Assembly (NCBI GenBank): GCA_027053075.1
Contig: JALUEE010000090.1
Coordinates: forward strand, 10,392-74,391
DNA length: 64,000 nucleotides
Reading direction: 5' to 3'
Origin: a candidate division WOR-3 bacterium
Lineage (GTDB): Bacteria; Hydrothermota; Hydrothermia; B15-G9; WFZT01
Shown here in pieces: positions 1 to 10,204 of this stretch (position 1 is its first letter; the number at the start of each line of letters is the position of its first letter). The translations under genes and the position numbers were made by a program. Below the pieces are notes generated by a model. That model did no database searches. It was not told the DNA's origin and saw only the letters and a program-made list of their open reading frames with translations.

Positions 1-73
1 CCCTCCGATTATCGCAACCCCTGATTACTTATTTCGTTCCACCGATGTTTTTCCGCTTGAATTCAGCGAAATA

Positions 74-499
74 ATGGAAAATCACATTCTTGTTTTTGGA
101 AAAGACCTTGTGAACTCTATTGATATTCAGGCCGGGAACCTTAGATTGCAGGTGGAAAGTGAACTCAAAGGCAAACTCCTAAAATTCCGGCAGGGCATCA
201 TTTTTCTCTCAAATGATACTACAGAGTTCAAAAGATTTTTCATTCGAACAGTTACCTCGTTCGTACCCGTATTCAGGGGGGTTTTAAGATTATTCAACGT
301 TAAGCCACCCTATGATTTCCTTGAACTGGCGCATAAACTTGAGGAGCAGACCGGATTTTCAAGCTCAATCCTCGAAAAGGCATGGGAGATAAAGAAGGGT
401 GCCCCAATTTCTCACGACGACTTAAATAATGTCACGTATCAGTTCCATGAGGAGCTGGAAAAACTTATCGATCTCGTTGACCGGCTAAAGGTGAAATGA
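74..499 (+). CDS. hypothetical protein (141 aa); overlaps the next gene by ATGA
   Basis: ORF with no internal stops. The stop overlaps the start of the TPM gene (496-499). No motif recognised. Confidence 0.45.
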   Translation: MENHILVFGKDLVNSIDIQAGNLRLQVESELKGKLLKFRQGIIFLSNDTTEFKRFFIRTVTSFVPVFRGVLRLFNVKPPYDFLELAHKLEEQTGFSSSILEKAWEIKKGAPISHDDLNNVTYQFHEELEKLIDLVDRLKVK

Positions 500-1200
500 A
501 ACTGCTTTTATTTATTGCAATATTGATGAAATTCCCTGCTCCGAGAGGGTATGTCAATGATTTTGCCCATATCCTATCGCCAGCGGAAGAGGCGAGAATA
601 GAGCATCTCTGCCGAATTGCAAAGCAAAAACTCGGTGTCGAAATAGCAGTTGTAACCATTGAAACCTACGAGCCATATTCATCCATCGAAGAGTATGCCT
701 TCAGATTGTTTGAATCATGGGGAATTGGCTCAAAATCAAAGGATAATGGCCTTCTATTTCTTGTCTCGTTGAGAGAGCGGAGGGTGAGAATAGAAGTTGG
801 TTACGGCCTTGAGGGAATTATAACCGATGGCCGTGCGGGAGACATAATCAGAAATTACATCGTACCATACTTTAAAAAAGGGGAATTTGGCAAAGGGCTT
901 GAGAATGGCATCCGAAGGGCCATGGAACTGATCGCCGTAGAATACAGTGTAAATCTGGATGAAACCGAAAAAGCACAGCCTGTGAGCCAGAATCAAAACG
1001 ACTGGCGTAGTGCTATTATCTGGTTGATCTTTGTTATCCTCTTCATTCTCCCATTTTTCTTGAGAAAAAAAAGAAGAGGCGGAACAATTTTCTGGGGAGG
1101 TGGATTTGGAGGATGGGGTGGAGGAGATGGCGGCGGTGGAGGATTTGGAGGCTTTGGAGGAGGCGCCTCTGGAGGAGGTGGCGCGAGTGGTGGCTGGTAA
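496..1200 (+). CDS. TPM-domain protein (YgcG/TLP18.3 phosphatase-like) with C-terminal TM helix and Gly-rich tail
   Basis: YVNDFAHILSPAEEARIE...IAVVTIETY...GLLFLVSLRERRVRIEVGYGLEG fits the TPM fold. It is followed by a hydrophobic helix and a GGGFGGWGGGDGGGGG tail. Confidence 0.8.
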   Translation: MKLLLFIAILMKFPAPRGYVNDFAHILSPAEEARIEHLCRIAKQKLGVEIAVVTIETYEPYSSIEEYAFRLFESWGIGSKSKDNGLLFLVSLRERRVRIEVGYGLEGIITDGRAGDIIRNYIVPYFKKGEFGKGLENGIRRAMELIAVEYSVNLDETEKAQPVSQNQNDWRSAIIWLIFVILFILPFFLRKKRRGGTIFWGGGFGGWGGGDGGGGGFGGFGGGASGGGGASGGW

Positions 1201-1337
1201 TTCCCATAACTTCAACAGTTTTCAACTGGGGGTTGATTTTACCCAACGGCGTTGTTATAATTATTCACGCTTAAAGATGATGCTCTTTAAATAACGATAA
1301 AAATCCCCATCCAACCACCCCCTCCTGCCCCAGGGAG

Positions 1338-1380
1338 TCCGTCCCCGCTCCCTGGGGATTTTTTTTCTTTATAATATTTT
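1338..1380 (+). terminator. rho-independent terminator hairpin plus T-run
   Basis: CCCCAGGGAG-(10 nt)-CTCCCTGGGG followed by TTTTTTTTCTTT. Confidence 0.6.
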
Positions 1381-1382
1381 CC

Positions 1383-2252
1383 ATGCAGGCTTATCTCCTT
1401 GTCCTTATTTGCGTCTCTCTCTGGGCCCTTATCCCGGTAGTTTCAAAATTAGGACAGACAAACCTCGACCATCACCAGTTTCTATTCTGGTCAAGTCTCC
1501 TCTCTTTCCTTGCATACTTCATTCCGCTCGTCCTAAAAAGGAATTCAGGCTGGAGTCTCTCGAGAAAAGAATCTTTTGAGGCTACAGGGCTTGGATTCCT
1601 TGGAACCTATCTTTACTACATTTTGCTGTACTATGGCTACTCTCATGCAAAGCCCCTCGAAGTGCTGATAATTCAATACAGCTGGCCCATTTTTATCGTG
1701 ATTTTATCTATGATCATATTGAATGAGCGTCTCACTGCTCTGCGGGGAGTTTCAGCACTATTTGGATTTATGGCAGTTTTACTTGTGATAACCAGGGGAA
1801 ATTTACATAGTATCCGGTTTTCAAATCTCAGCGTTGACCTGATAGTTCTTTTTGCCGCTTTTGTTTTTGCACTGTTTTCTGTACTGAGTAAAGACATAAA
1901 AATCCAGCCTTTACCTCTTCTTACTGTGTATTTTGGAACAGCCCTAATTTTTTCGCTCGCGGGGATGTTTATCTTCTCGAGCTTCAGAGTGCCTCACGGC
2001 AAAAGTATTCTGCCGGTGCTAATAAATGGAATCTTAGTGAATGGGTACTCCTACCTATTCTGGATACTTGCATTGAGGAAGGCGGAAGCGTCATATGTTG
2101 CGCTGTTTGTGTACCTAACGCCGATAATTTCGACTATGTATGTTGTGTTAATTTTTGGGGCGAGGCTCAGCCCGATTTTCGGGCTGAGCCTCGCCCTCAT
2201 AGTTATAGCCGGCATTCTAAATCAGAAATCACAGATGGGAAGCTCGGGTTAA
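1383..2252 (+). CDS. EamA/DMT-family transporter (10 TM)
   Basis: Two repeated 5-TM halves and hydrophobic throughout, the typical drug/metabolite transporter architecture. Confidence 0.7.
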   Translation: MQAYLLVLICVSLWALIPVVSKLGQTNLDHHQFLFWSSLLSFLAYFIPLVLKRNSGWSLSRKESFEATGLGFLGTYLYYILLYYGYSHAKPLEVLIIQYSWPIFIVILSMIILNERLTALRGVSALFGFMAVLLVITRGNLHSIRFSNLSVDLIVLFAAFVFALFSVLSKDIKIQPLPLLTVYFGTALIFSLAGMFIFSSFRVPHGKSILPVLINGILVNGYSYLFWILALRKAEASYVALFVYLTPIISTMYVVLIFGARLSPIFGLSLALIVIAGILNQKSQMGSSG

Positions 2253-2343
2253 ACCCAGCCGGTTACCCGGTAATATTTTTATTCGGTTCATTTATGGGGA
2301 AACTAAACAAGAAAAAAGATGGAGGACTTATTTATGGTGAAAA

Positions 2344-2378
2344 AGGGTGTGGGCGGCGCCTTCGGCGCCGCCCACACC
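2344..2378. terminator. bidirectional terminator between convergent genes
   Basis: 16-bp perfect stem GGGTGTGGGCGGCGCC-TTC-GGCGCCGCCCACACCC, flanked by an A-run on the 5' side and a T-rich stretch on the 3' side. Confidence 0.6.
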
Positions 2379-2388
2379 CTCAAATTTC

Positions 2389-3339
<951 letters not shown>

Positions 3340-3412
3340 TTACCTCCATTTAAATTTTCAATTAAATTTTATGCCATAAATCGAATATGTTCAATGAATT
3401 GCCCGGTGGAAA

Positions 3413-4270
3413 CTAATACCTTTCGACTGGATAGCGCCAGTCTTTGTCGAGACACATCTTTGAAAGCCTCGTGATTGTGGGAGGTTTTCTTTTGTGCTCT
3501 GAGCGTATGATTCTGCGATAAATGTCCTCAACTGAGTCCATGCTGATATTGAGCAACTCCGAAGTTTCCCGGACTGAGAGCTCAAGCTCCACGAGAGCGT
3601 ATAGAACCCGGTCTATTTCGTAATATGTGTGTCCAAGTTCTTCTTCGTCAGTTTGTCCCTTCCAGAGCCCAGCAGATGGTTTCTTGCGTATGATTTCCGT
3701 TGGGATACCGATATATTCGGCAAGTTGCCAGACCTGAGTTTTATAAAGGTCACCTATAGGATAGATATCTGCTGCCATATCGCCAAATTTTGTTCCATAT
3801 CCGAGGAGAAGCTCTGTTTTGTTGGACGTACCAAGGACAATCTTGCCCTCGTAGTTGGCATACATGTAGTTTACGATCATCCTTATCCGGGGCTTTACAT
3901 TGGCAATGGTGAGTCGAGTCTGAGGATCATTTAGGTCCTGATTGGGGAGCATCTCTGTAAACCATTTCACAGCATCGTTGATTTTAATATACTTGTATTT
4001 GATCCCCCGGGATTTAACAAGATTCAGGGCATCCCGAATGTCATTTTCAGGAGAAATTCCCTCTTCTGGCATTATGATGGCAAGCAGTTTGTCCCCAAGA
4101 ACCTCGTGGGCAAGAGTGGCCACAAGGGATGAATCAATTCCACCGGAAAGCGCCACCACTCCGCCTTTTGCACGTATTTTCTCAATCCTCGTTAGGATAG
4201 ATTTTTGGATGATCCTTTTAAAGATTTCGAGCTCTTCTTCAGTGAGTTTTATGTCTATTGTCTGGTTCAT
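3413..4270 (-). CDS. nadE: NAD+ synthetase, synthetase (ATP-pyrophosphatase) subunit
   Basis: GVVALSGGIDSSLVATLA PP-loop; 285 aa, which is NadE-like. Confidence 0.85.
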   Translation of the reverse strand: MNQTIDIKLTEEELEIFKRIIQKSILTRIEKIRAKGGVVALSGGIDSSLVATLAHEVLGDKLLAIIMPEEGISPENDIRDALNLVKSRGIKYKYIKINDAVKWFTEMLPNQDLNDPQTRLTIANVKPRIRMIVNYMYANYEGKIVLGTSNKTELLLGYGTKFGDMAADIYPIGDLYKTQVWQLAEYIGIPTEIIRKKPSAGLWKGQTDEEELGHTYYEIDRVLYALVELELSVRETSELLNISMDSVEDIYRRIIRSEHKRKPPTITRLSKMCLDKDWRYPVERY

Positions 4271-5100
4271 AGATTCATATCCTCATAGGCATCAAGGAGT
4301 TCTTCGAGAATCTCCCTTCTTACCTCACGCACCCTGATGTCGCGTCTTCGAAGTCTCTTTGATTCGTCCAGGTCGATTTCCACTGTATCAAAGGTTTCTT
4401 CAAGCAGTGGAAGCTCTTTTATCAGCTTACCAGATGCACTGAACGCCATGCTACCTCCCCAATAGGTAACGCCGTCCTGTATCCCTGACTGGTTCACGAA
4501 AACAGCGGGAAGTATATTGTCTCTCACGCGCTCCCTCAGAAAATCTTTCCACAGTAGGTTTTTGCCTCTATCGTAGGGAGATGCAGAGAGAACAATCAGT
4601 ATTTCAGCGCCGCGGAATGTTAGTCCCCTTGATGGCTCAGGAAACCATACATCCTCGCAGATCAGGACACCAAGGTTTGCATATTTTGTTTTAAAAACTG
4701 GCAGATGTGAGCCGGGTTTAAAGTATCTTTTCTCATCAAAAAGCCTGTAGTTTACAAGTTGCACCTTATGATACTTACCGATAATCTCACCGTCTTCGAT
4801 GATAGCAGCTGCATTGTAGAAAAATCCCCTTTCATCCTGGTCAACAAATCCGACTACTCCAATTATTCCGGCCTCTCCGGCTACCTGCTTTATCTCCTCG
4901 AGGGCTTCGAGATTTTCGTTGACCTTATCGAGATAGATGTCGCCAGAGCCAAATCCCAGGGTCGAAAGCTCTGGAGTTATGAGGATTTTCGCCCCACTCT
5001 CCCGTGCTTTATAGATGGCATCAATTATTTTCTCCTTGTTGCCCTGAACATCTCCAAGTTTCGTTTCAATCTGGGCCATTGCAATCTTTAGTTTCTTCAT
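4267..5100 (-). CDS. carbon-nitrogen hydrolase (nitrilase-superfamily) protein, likely the glutaminase partner of NadE
   Basis: KIAMAQIE...ILITPEL...ICEDVWFPE gives the CN-hydrolase catalytic E-K-C context. Its stop overlaps the nadE start by ATGA (4267-4270). Confidence 0.75.
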   Translation of the reverse strand: MKKLKIAMAQIETKLGDVQGNKEKIIDAIYKARESGAKILITPELSTLGFGSGDIYLDKVNENLEALEEIKQVAGEAGIIGVVGFVDQDERGFFYNAAAIIEDGEIIGKYHKVQLVNYRLFDEKRYFKPGSHLPVFKTKYANLGVLICEDVWFPEPSRGLTFRGAEILIVLSASPYDRGKNLLWKDFLRERVRDNILPAVFVNQSGIQDGVTYWGGSMAFSASGKLIKELPLLEETFDTVEIDLDESKRLRRRDIRVREVRREILEELLDAYEDMNL

Positions 5101-5101
5101 G

Positions 5102-5413
5102 TCAATCCGCCAGGGTTAATACAACCTTTCGCCCCACCTTGACTATTTTCCCGGGTAATGGGTACTGCTCGACAACAGTCTGCGGTGGAGCGGGGTAGGT
5201 TTTGTACCCCTTTATTACGGGAACGAGCCCGTGTTTTACGAGAGTTACATTAGCCTTTGAAACACTCATACCTCTCACGTCTGGCACCTTTACCTCCTGC
5301 CCGTGACGAGTGTACATGGGCATGATTACCTGGTCAACCACAACGAGGGTGACCAGGGAAAGCACTCCAAACGTAATAAGTGCTATGATAACAATTTTTA
5401 AATACCGCTTCAC
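5102..5413 (-). CDS. single-TM PASTA-domain protein
   Basis: N-terminal TM helix, then VKVPDVRGMSVSKANVTLVKHGLVPV...VVLTLAD, a PASTA-like beta-rich module. Confidence 0.65.
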   Translation of the reverse strand: MKRYLKIVIIALITFGVLSLVTLVVVDQVIMPMYTRHGQEVKVPDVRGMSVSKANVTLVKHGLVPVIKGYKTYPAPPQTVVEQYPLPGKIVKVGRKVVLTLAD

Positions 5414-5431
5414 GGCTCTATTTTTTAGCTC

Positions 5432-6346
5432 TTACAGTATTTTGTCAATAATAAACGAGACCGCAAGGAGCAATCCGATATTCAGGTGAAGCTTTATCGT
5501 GGCGGCATTTGCAGGTGTAAGCTCACGGAACCTGTTGTAATTGTTTTTCACAATTTTCTGGGTTTTGATAGCCACAGGGAGAGTGACAAAGACGATTAAT
5601 GAGCAGACAGGGAGTGCTTTTGCAAGGATACCAATAATTACACTCAGGTAGGATAGATAGAGCAAGATGATGTAAATCTGTGCCGCCCTGTTTAATCCAA
5701 GTCTTGCTACAAGATGAACTTTGCCCGCTTTTTTATCCGCTTCACTGTCCTGAAATTGGTTGATCCAGAGAACAAGTGTTATGAGAAGGGAGACTGGAAT
5801 GGATGCAATAACCGGTGTCCATGAGAGAAAATCTGTTTGAACAAAAAATGCCCCCAATGTGATCAAAATACCGAAGTTCAAGCCAATGAGAATTTCACCC
5901 ACACCCTTTCCGGCAAGGAAAAGAGGGGTTGCAGTATAAAAATAACCTGAAAGAAGTCCGATGAATCCGAGTATCAGAACAATGTATCCATGACGAATGA
6001 AAAGGATGATACCCATTGCAAGGGCAATGAGGTATGCGACCATAAAGATCCCCTTCATCTCTTCTGGAGAAATTAAACCATTTGGAATCATTCTTGAGCC
6101 CCCGGTAAAGGGGAAAGCGAATGTTTTATTGTACCTGTCTGTTCCGTTTTTCCAGTCATAGTAGTCGTTTGAGGCGTTTGCACCTGCGTGAAGTGCGATC
6201 ACTCCCACGAGCGTTAAAAGGAAATCCACCAGCGAAAATTTACCATACCACGCCCAGGCCATGGCCGTACCGAGCAATACAGGCACAATACTTGCAGTGA
6301 AGAATGGCGGTCGAGTTGCCATAATGTAAAGCTTCAGTCGTTTCAT
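5432..6346 (-). CDS. UbiA-family prenyltransferase (MenA-like)
   Basis: NDYYDWKNGTD Asp-rich motif and 8-9 TM segments. Confidence 0.75.
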   Translation of the reverse strand: MKRLKLYIMATRPPFFTASIVPVLLGTAMAWAWYGKFSLVDFLLTLVGVIALHAGANASNDYYDWKNGTDRYNKTFAFPFTGGSRMIPNGLISPEEMKGIFMVAYLIALAMGIILFIRHGYIVLILGFIGLLSGYFYTATPLFLAGKGVGEILIGLNFGILITLGAFFVQTDFLSWTPVIASIPVSLLITLVLWINQFQDSEADKKAGKVHLVARLGLNRAAQIYIILLYLSYLSVIIGILAKALPVCSLIVFVTLPVAIKTQKIVKNNYNRFRELTPANAATIKLHLNIGLLLAVSFIIDKIL

Positions 6347-7011
6347 CAGTCCTCACCTCCGTTTTCTTCAAGGATTTTTAAAATCATGCGAAAATCACTT
6401 TTGATTTCATGCATACGGCCTGGATTTCTCAAAATTGCCGCGGGGTGATATGTAACGAGCAACCTGGGGCCGAAAACCGATTCGTGGAGTTTACCCCTGA
6501 GTTTTGAAAGCGGAACCTTATCTCTTCCGGATAGGAAATACGCAGCAAATCTGCCAAGTGCCACAAGAAGCTTGGGTTTTATTATTTTTATCTGCTTTAC
6601 AAGATATGGGCTGCATGCCCTGATTTCTGCTGGAAGAGGGTCTCTATTGCCGGGAGGTCTGCATTTTAAAACATTGGCAATGTAAACATCTTTTTCCCTG
6701 TCAAGCCCAATCTCCTTTAGAAGTTGAGTCAAGAGTTTACCAGCCCTGCCAACGAATGGCAGACCTTCACGGTCTTCATCTGCACCCGGTGCCTCTCCCA
6801 CAAACATAACCTTTGCGTATGGATTCCCTGAGCCGAAAACGTAGTTTGTTTTTTGCAGGTGAAGGGGACACTTCTTACACCTGTAAACCTCTTCTTTTAG
6901 CTCTTCGAGTTCTTTTTCGACAGTTCTCACCTCTTCCTTCTCCACCAAAATTTCATTTATTCCGAGGAATTCTTTTAAAAACAGGAGTACTTCTAAGTTA
7001 TCCTTTCTCAA
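6346..7011 (-). CDS. uracil-DNA glycosylase, family 4
   Basis: CKKCPLHL...[19 protein letters not shown]...GRAG are family-4 UDG Fe-S and active-site motifs. Confidence 0.85.
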   Translation of the reverse strand: MRKDNLEVLLFLKEFLGINEILVEKEEVRTVEKELEELKEEVYRCKKCPLHLQKTNYVFGSGNPYAKVMFVGEAPGADEDREGLPFVGRAGKLLTQLLKEIGLDREKDVYIANVLKCRPPGNRDPLPAEIRACSPYLVKQIKIIKPKLLVALGRFAAYFLSGRDKVPLSKLRGKLHESVFGPRLLVTYHPAAILRNPGRMHEIKSDFRMILKILEENGGED

Positions 7012-8176
7012 TTTTCTCGGCTATTTTGTCATAAAGCAAAATTGCAAGCTCGGACTTGGTTATGGTCTCGAGGGGTATTCTCTCTCCATCCTTCGTTAGA
7101 ATGTAGCCACTGATGTAATCGCTTCCCATGGCAGTAGCGTAATTTGCTACAATCATGTCCACTCCCTTCTCTTCCATCTTTTTTCTGGCGTTTTCAAGTA
7201 GATTTTTAGATTCAAGAGCAAATCCCACGAAAACCTGGTCGGGTCTCTTATGTTCACTCAGACTTTTCAAAATGTCTTCAGTAGGCTCAAATTCTACCAC
7301 CAGTTTTCCACCCCTTTTAACCTTGCCTTCCATTCTCCCAACAGGCTTAAAATCCGATACAGCGGCGGCCATTATCAGGACATCCGCTTTAGGCACAATT
7401 TCATGAAGGGTCGCCGAAAGCTGGTCAACACTGCGTGCGTAATAAATTTCATCGTAGTAAAGGGGATGAACCTCTACTCTTCCCACCACCGCGATAACGT
7501 GAGCTCCGAGTTCTTTTGCCCTTCTTGAGAGCGAAATACCCATTTTGCCGCTGGATTTATTGGTAATTACACGCACTTCGTCAATATCTTCTTCAGTGCC
7601 ACCATAGGTAATGACAATTTTTTTACCGCGTAATTTTCTCTCGGTATTTCCAATCTCGATGACCCTCTCAATGATGTCTTCGGGCTCAGCCATACGACCA
7701 ATGCCACGATCTCCAGAGGAAAGCTCACCTTCGTAAGGACCTATGAATTCATAGCCAAAAATTTTCAGCCTTTTAACATTGTCCTGAAGCACGCGACTGT
7801 TCCACATCTCGGTGTGCATGGCTGGAGCAAGTAAAACAGGTCTGTCAATAGCTCCGATGGTGGATGTCAGAAGGTCATCTGCAAGTCCGTGGGCGAGCTT
7901 ACCTAAAAAGTGCATGGTGGCCGGTGCCACTACTACAACATCTGGCCACCTCGCGAGCTCGATGTGAAGAGGGACTTTCTGACCAGGAATCCAGAAGTCG
8001 TCCTCTGTAAAAACATCGTTAACCGTAAGGTTTGATATAGAGAGTGATGAGATAAAATTCTCACCCCCTCTTGAAAGTATAGTTTTTACTTCATGTCCGG
8101 CTTTTACTAAAAGCCTTGCAACTAAAACACTTTTGTATGCCGCTATACTACCGGTTACGCCCAGAAGGACCTTCAC
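6998..8176 (-). CDS. coaBC: bifunctional phosphopantothenoylcysteine decarboxylase / phosphopantothenate-cysteine ligase
   Basis: N-terminal flavoprotein motif VLLGVTGSIAAYK plus a C-terminal CoaB domain; 392 aa. Confidence 0.9.
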   Translation of the reverse strand: MKVLLGVTGSIAAYKSVLVARLLVKAGHEVKTILSRGGENFISSLSISNLTVNDVFTEDDFWIPGQKVPLHIELARWPDVVVVAPATMHFLGKLAHGLADDLLTSTIGAIDRPVLLAPAMHTEMWNSRVLQDNVKRLKIFGYEFIGPYEGELSSGDRGIGRMAEPEDIIERVIEIGNTERKLRGKKIVITYGGTEEDIDEVRVITNKSSGKMGISLSRRAKELGAHVIAVVGRVEVHPLYYDEIYYARSVDQLSATLHEIVPKADVLIMAAAVSDFKPVGRMEGKVKRGGKLVVEFEPTEDILKSLSEHKRPDQVFVGFALESKNLLENARKKMEEKGVDMIVANYATAMGSDYISGYILTKDGERIPLETITKSELAILLYDKIAEKIEKG

Positions 8177-8396
8177 TTATCACCACCTTTCTGACTTTTG
8201 TCTTTTTAACAATCCTCCACTTAATTTCACCTCTGATCAGTTTCTCAAGTGCCAGTATGGTGGGCTTTATAGGTAACTTCTCTCCCTTTTCTCTTGCCTC
8301 TCTTGCGATTCTCCTTGCTTCTTTAGATGCAATCACAATTGCTTTGTATTTATTGGGCATAACCTTCCACAGATCATCAACTGTGAATCTTTCCAT
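8148..8396 (-). CDS. rpoZ: DNA-directed RNA polymerase subunit omega
   Basis: MERFTVDDLWKVMPNKYKAIVIASKEARRI; sits directly upstream of coaBC, the conserved arrangement. Confidence 0.8.
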   Translation of the reverse strand: MERFTVDDLWKVMPNKYKAIVIASKEARRIAREAREKGEKLPIKPTILALEKLIRGEIKWRIVKKTKVRKVVISEGPSGRNR

Positions 8397-8468
8397 TTTT
8401 CAATCACCTCCAGGGCGTTGATTATAAAGCATTCAACCCGTATTTGGAATGTTTTTATGTGCTTTTTT

Positions 8469-8633
8469 AGGGGTGGCCCGCGCACTCTGTGCGCGGGCCA
8501 CCCCTAAAAAAGAGAGACAACTTTTCAATCAGCCCAACATGAGCTATTTGGCGAACTTCACGTTATTTGGGTTTCCAAAAGGAATCCCCCCATCTATCTC
8601 CTCCCCCCGCATAAATTTGTTCGCGGGGGGAGG
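8469..8633. repeat. pair of GC-rich palindromic units in the divergent rpoZ / TPR-lipoprotein promoter region
   Basis: AGGGGTGGCCCGCGCAC-TCTGT-GTGCGCGGGCCACCCCT (8469-8506) and CTCCTCCCCCCGC-ATAAATTTGTT-CGCGGGGGGAGGA (8598-8633). They share motifs with the repeats at 19.3, 28.1 and 50.4 kb. Confidence 0.6.
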
Positions 8634-8862
8634 ATGAAAGGAGAGGGGCCACATATTAAAGTTTTTTGGATAAAATGAGAGAAAATCTAACAAATTTTCC
8701 CTCACATCCAGTGTATGAGGGTATTTGTCTTAGATTATTAATTTTTCAAGAGAGATCCCTGCGTCTATACTTGCTTTGACAAGCAGTAGAAATCATTAAA
8801 TACACTCTATTTGCAAATGCAGATTATGGAGAATCAAATTTTCCAAATCCTTTTGTTTAACC

Positions 8863-8891
8863 TTGACATTGAACGATGAAAGTGATTACAC
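8863..8891 (+). promoter_or_regulatory. putative sigma70-type promoter for the TPR lipoprotein gene
   Basis: TTGACA, 17-bp spacer, then TTACAC/TACACT, with GGAGG 8 nt before the ATG at 8921. Confidence 0.3.
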
Positions 8892-8920
8892 TAATAAAAA
8901 TTTCCCAGGGAGGTAGAAAG

Positions 8921-10204
8921 AAGATGAAGAAGCTCATCATCGCTATAGCTGTATTCGGAGCACTCTATATGACATCTTGTGCACCACCGGCTTCTCAGCA
9001 GGGTGCGAATGTTACTGTTAAAAAAACAAAGAGAACCTATTCGCCGGACTCTGCCAAGATCTGGTTCTCCGTCGGCAAAGATTACCTGAATAAAAAGCGT
9101 TATGACGACGCCATCAGGAACTTTAAGGTCTCAATTGAGTACGATTCAACATTCATTCCTGCATACCTGAACCTCGCATGGGCTTATCTACAGAAGGCAC
9201 AGACGCTCACAATGGATACCACATGGAAGGTTTATTACGATTCTGCGGCAACGGTTTACAGAAAGATCGCTCAGATAGATCCAAAAGACTCCAGAGGCTG
9301 GCAGGGGCTCGGATTCATGTATGGAATTTATAAAAATGACATAGACTCAGGAATTTATTTTTACAGAAAAGCCCTTGAGGTGGACCCCAACAACAATGAT
9401 GCCCGCTACGGATTGGCAAAGTTGCTGGATAGGGCGGGCAGGAAAGATGAGGCCGAAAAACTATACAAAGAGGCCCTTGCAAAAGACCCGAACAATCCGG
9501 GTTTGAATAAATCCTACGGGAGATTCCTTGCAGAACAGAAGAGATATGCGGAGGCAGTTCCATATCTTGAAAAAGTCATTTCAAAGACTCCTAACGATTA
9601 CGAGTTGATTGGATACCTTGCCAAGGGATACGAACAACTTGCACAGAAGGAGCAGGACCCCCAGAAGAAGGCCGAATATATTGATAAAGCCCTTTATTAC
9701 TACGACAAACTGATTGAGCACAATCCCAAGGATTACACCCTCTACATGAAGAAGGGGGACCTCTTGCTGATGAAGGGCGACGTGGACGGTGCAATTGCCC
9801 AGTATGACAAGGCGATAGAGCTTGCCCCAAATAGCCCCTATCCATACCTGAAGAAGGTTGCAGTGATAATTGACAAGAAACACGATCAGATTGCAGCCCG
9901 TAAGATACTTTTGAAGGCCATCTCCCTTGAGATTCCAGACCCTGTTCTCAAAGCCGCTGCTTATGCTCTGCTGGCTGATACCTATATCTACACGGGTCGC
10001 CAGTATTACAAAAAGGCGAAGAAGGAAAAGATCAGAGACTACTACAAGGATGCTATGGACAATTACGACGAAGCAATCAAGTATCTTAAAAAAGTCCTTG
10101 AAATTCAGGGCGCGGGTAAATGGAAGGATTATGCGCAAAAGCAGCTTTTGAGGGTTCAGAAGCTGCGGAAATTTGCGTATCGTAAGTATGTTGGCATTGG
10201 GTAA
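8921..10204 (+). CDS. TPR-repeat lipoprotein
   Basis: MKKLIIAIAVFGALYMTSC lipobox signal, then multiple 34-aa TPR units (AW/LG/Y/A/P spacing). The ORF-track start at 8876 is probably too early. Confidence 0.75.
   Translation, partial: KMKKLIIAIAVFGALYMTSCAPPASQQGANVTVKKTKRTYSPDSAKIWFSVGKDYLNKKRYDDAIRNFKVSIEYDSTFIPAYLNLAWAYLQKAQTLTMDTTWKVYYDSAATVYRKIAQIDPKDSRGWQGLGFMYGIYKNDIDSGIYFYRKALEVDPNNNDARYGLAKLLDRAGRKDEAEKLYKEALAKDPNNPGLNKSYGRFLAEQKRYAEAVPYLEKVISKTPNDYELIGYLAKGYEQLAQKEQDPQKKAEYIDKALYYYDKLIEHNPKDYTLYMKKGDLLLMKGDVDGAIAQYDKAIELAPNSPYPYLKKVAVIIDKKHDQIAARKILLKAISLEIPDPVLKAAAYALLADTYIYTGRQYYKKAKKEKIRDYYKDAMDNYDEAIKYLKKVLEIQGAGKWKDYAQKQLLRVQKLRKFAYRKYVGIG

Noticed and set aside
754-1246. Minus-strand ORFs 754-1215 (153 aa) and 1043-1246 (67 aa)
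   Set aside because: Antisense to the TPM gene and produced by its Gly-codon repeat region. Low-complexity S/T/K-rich translations with no start context.
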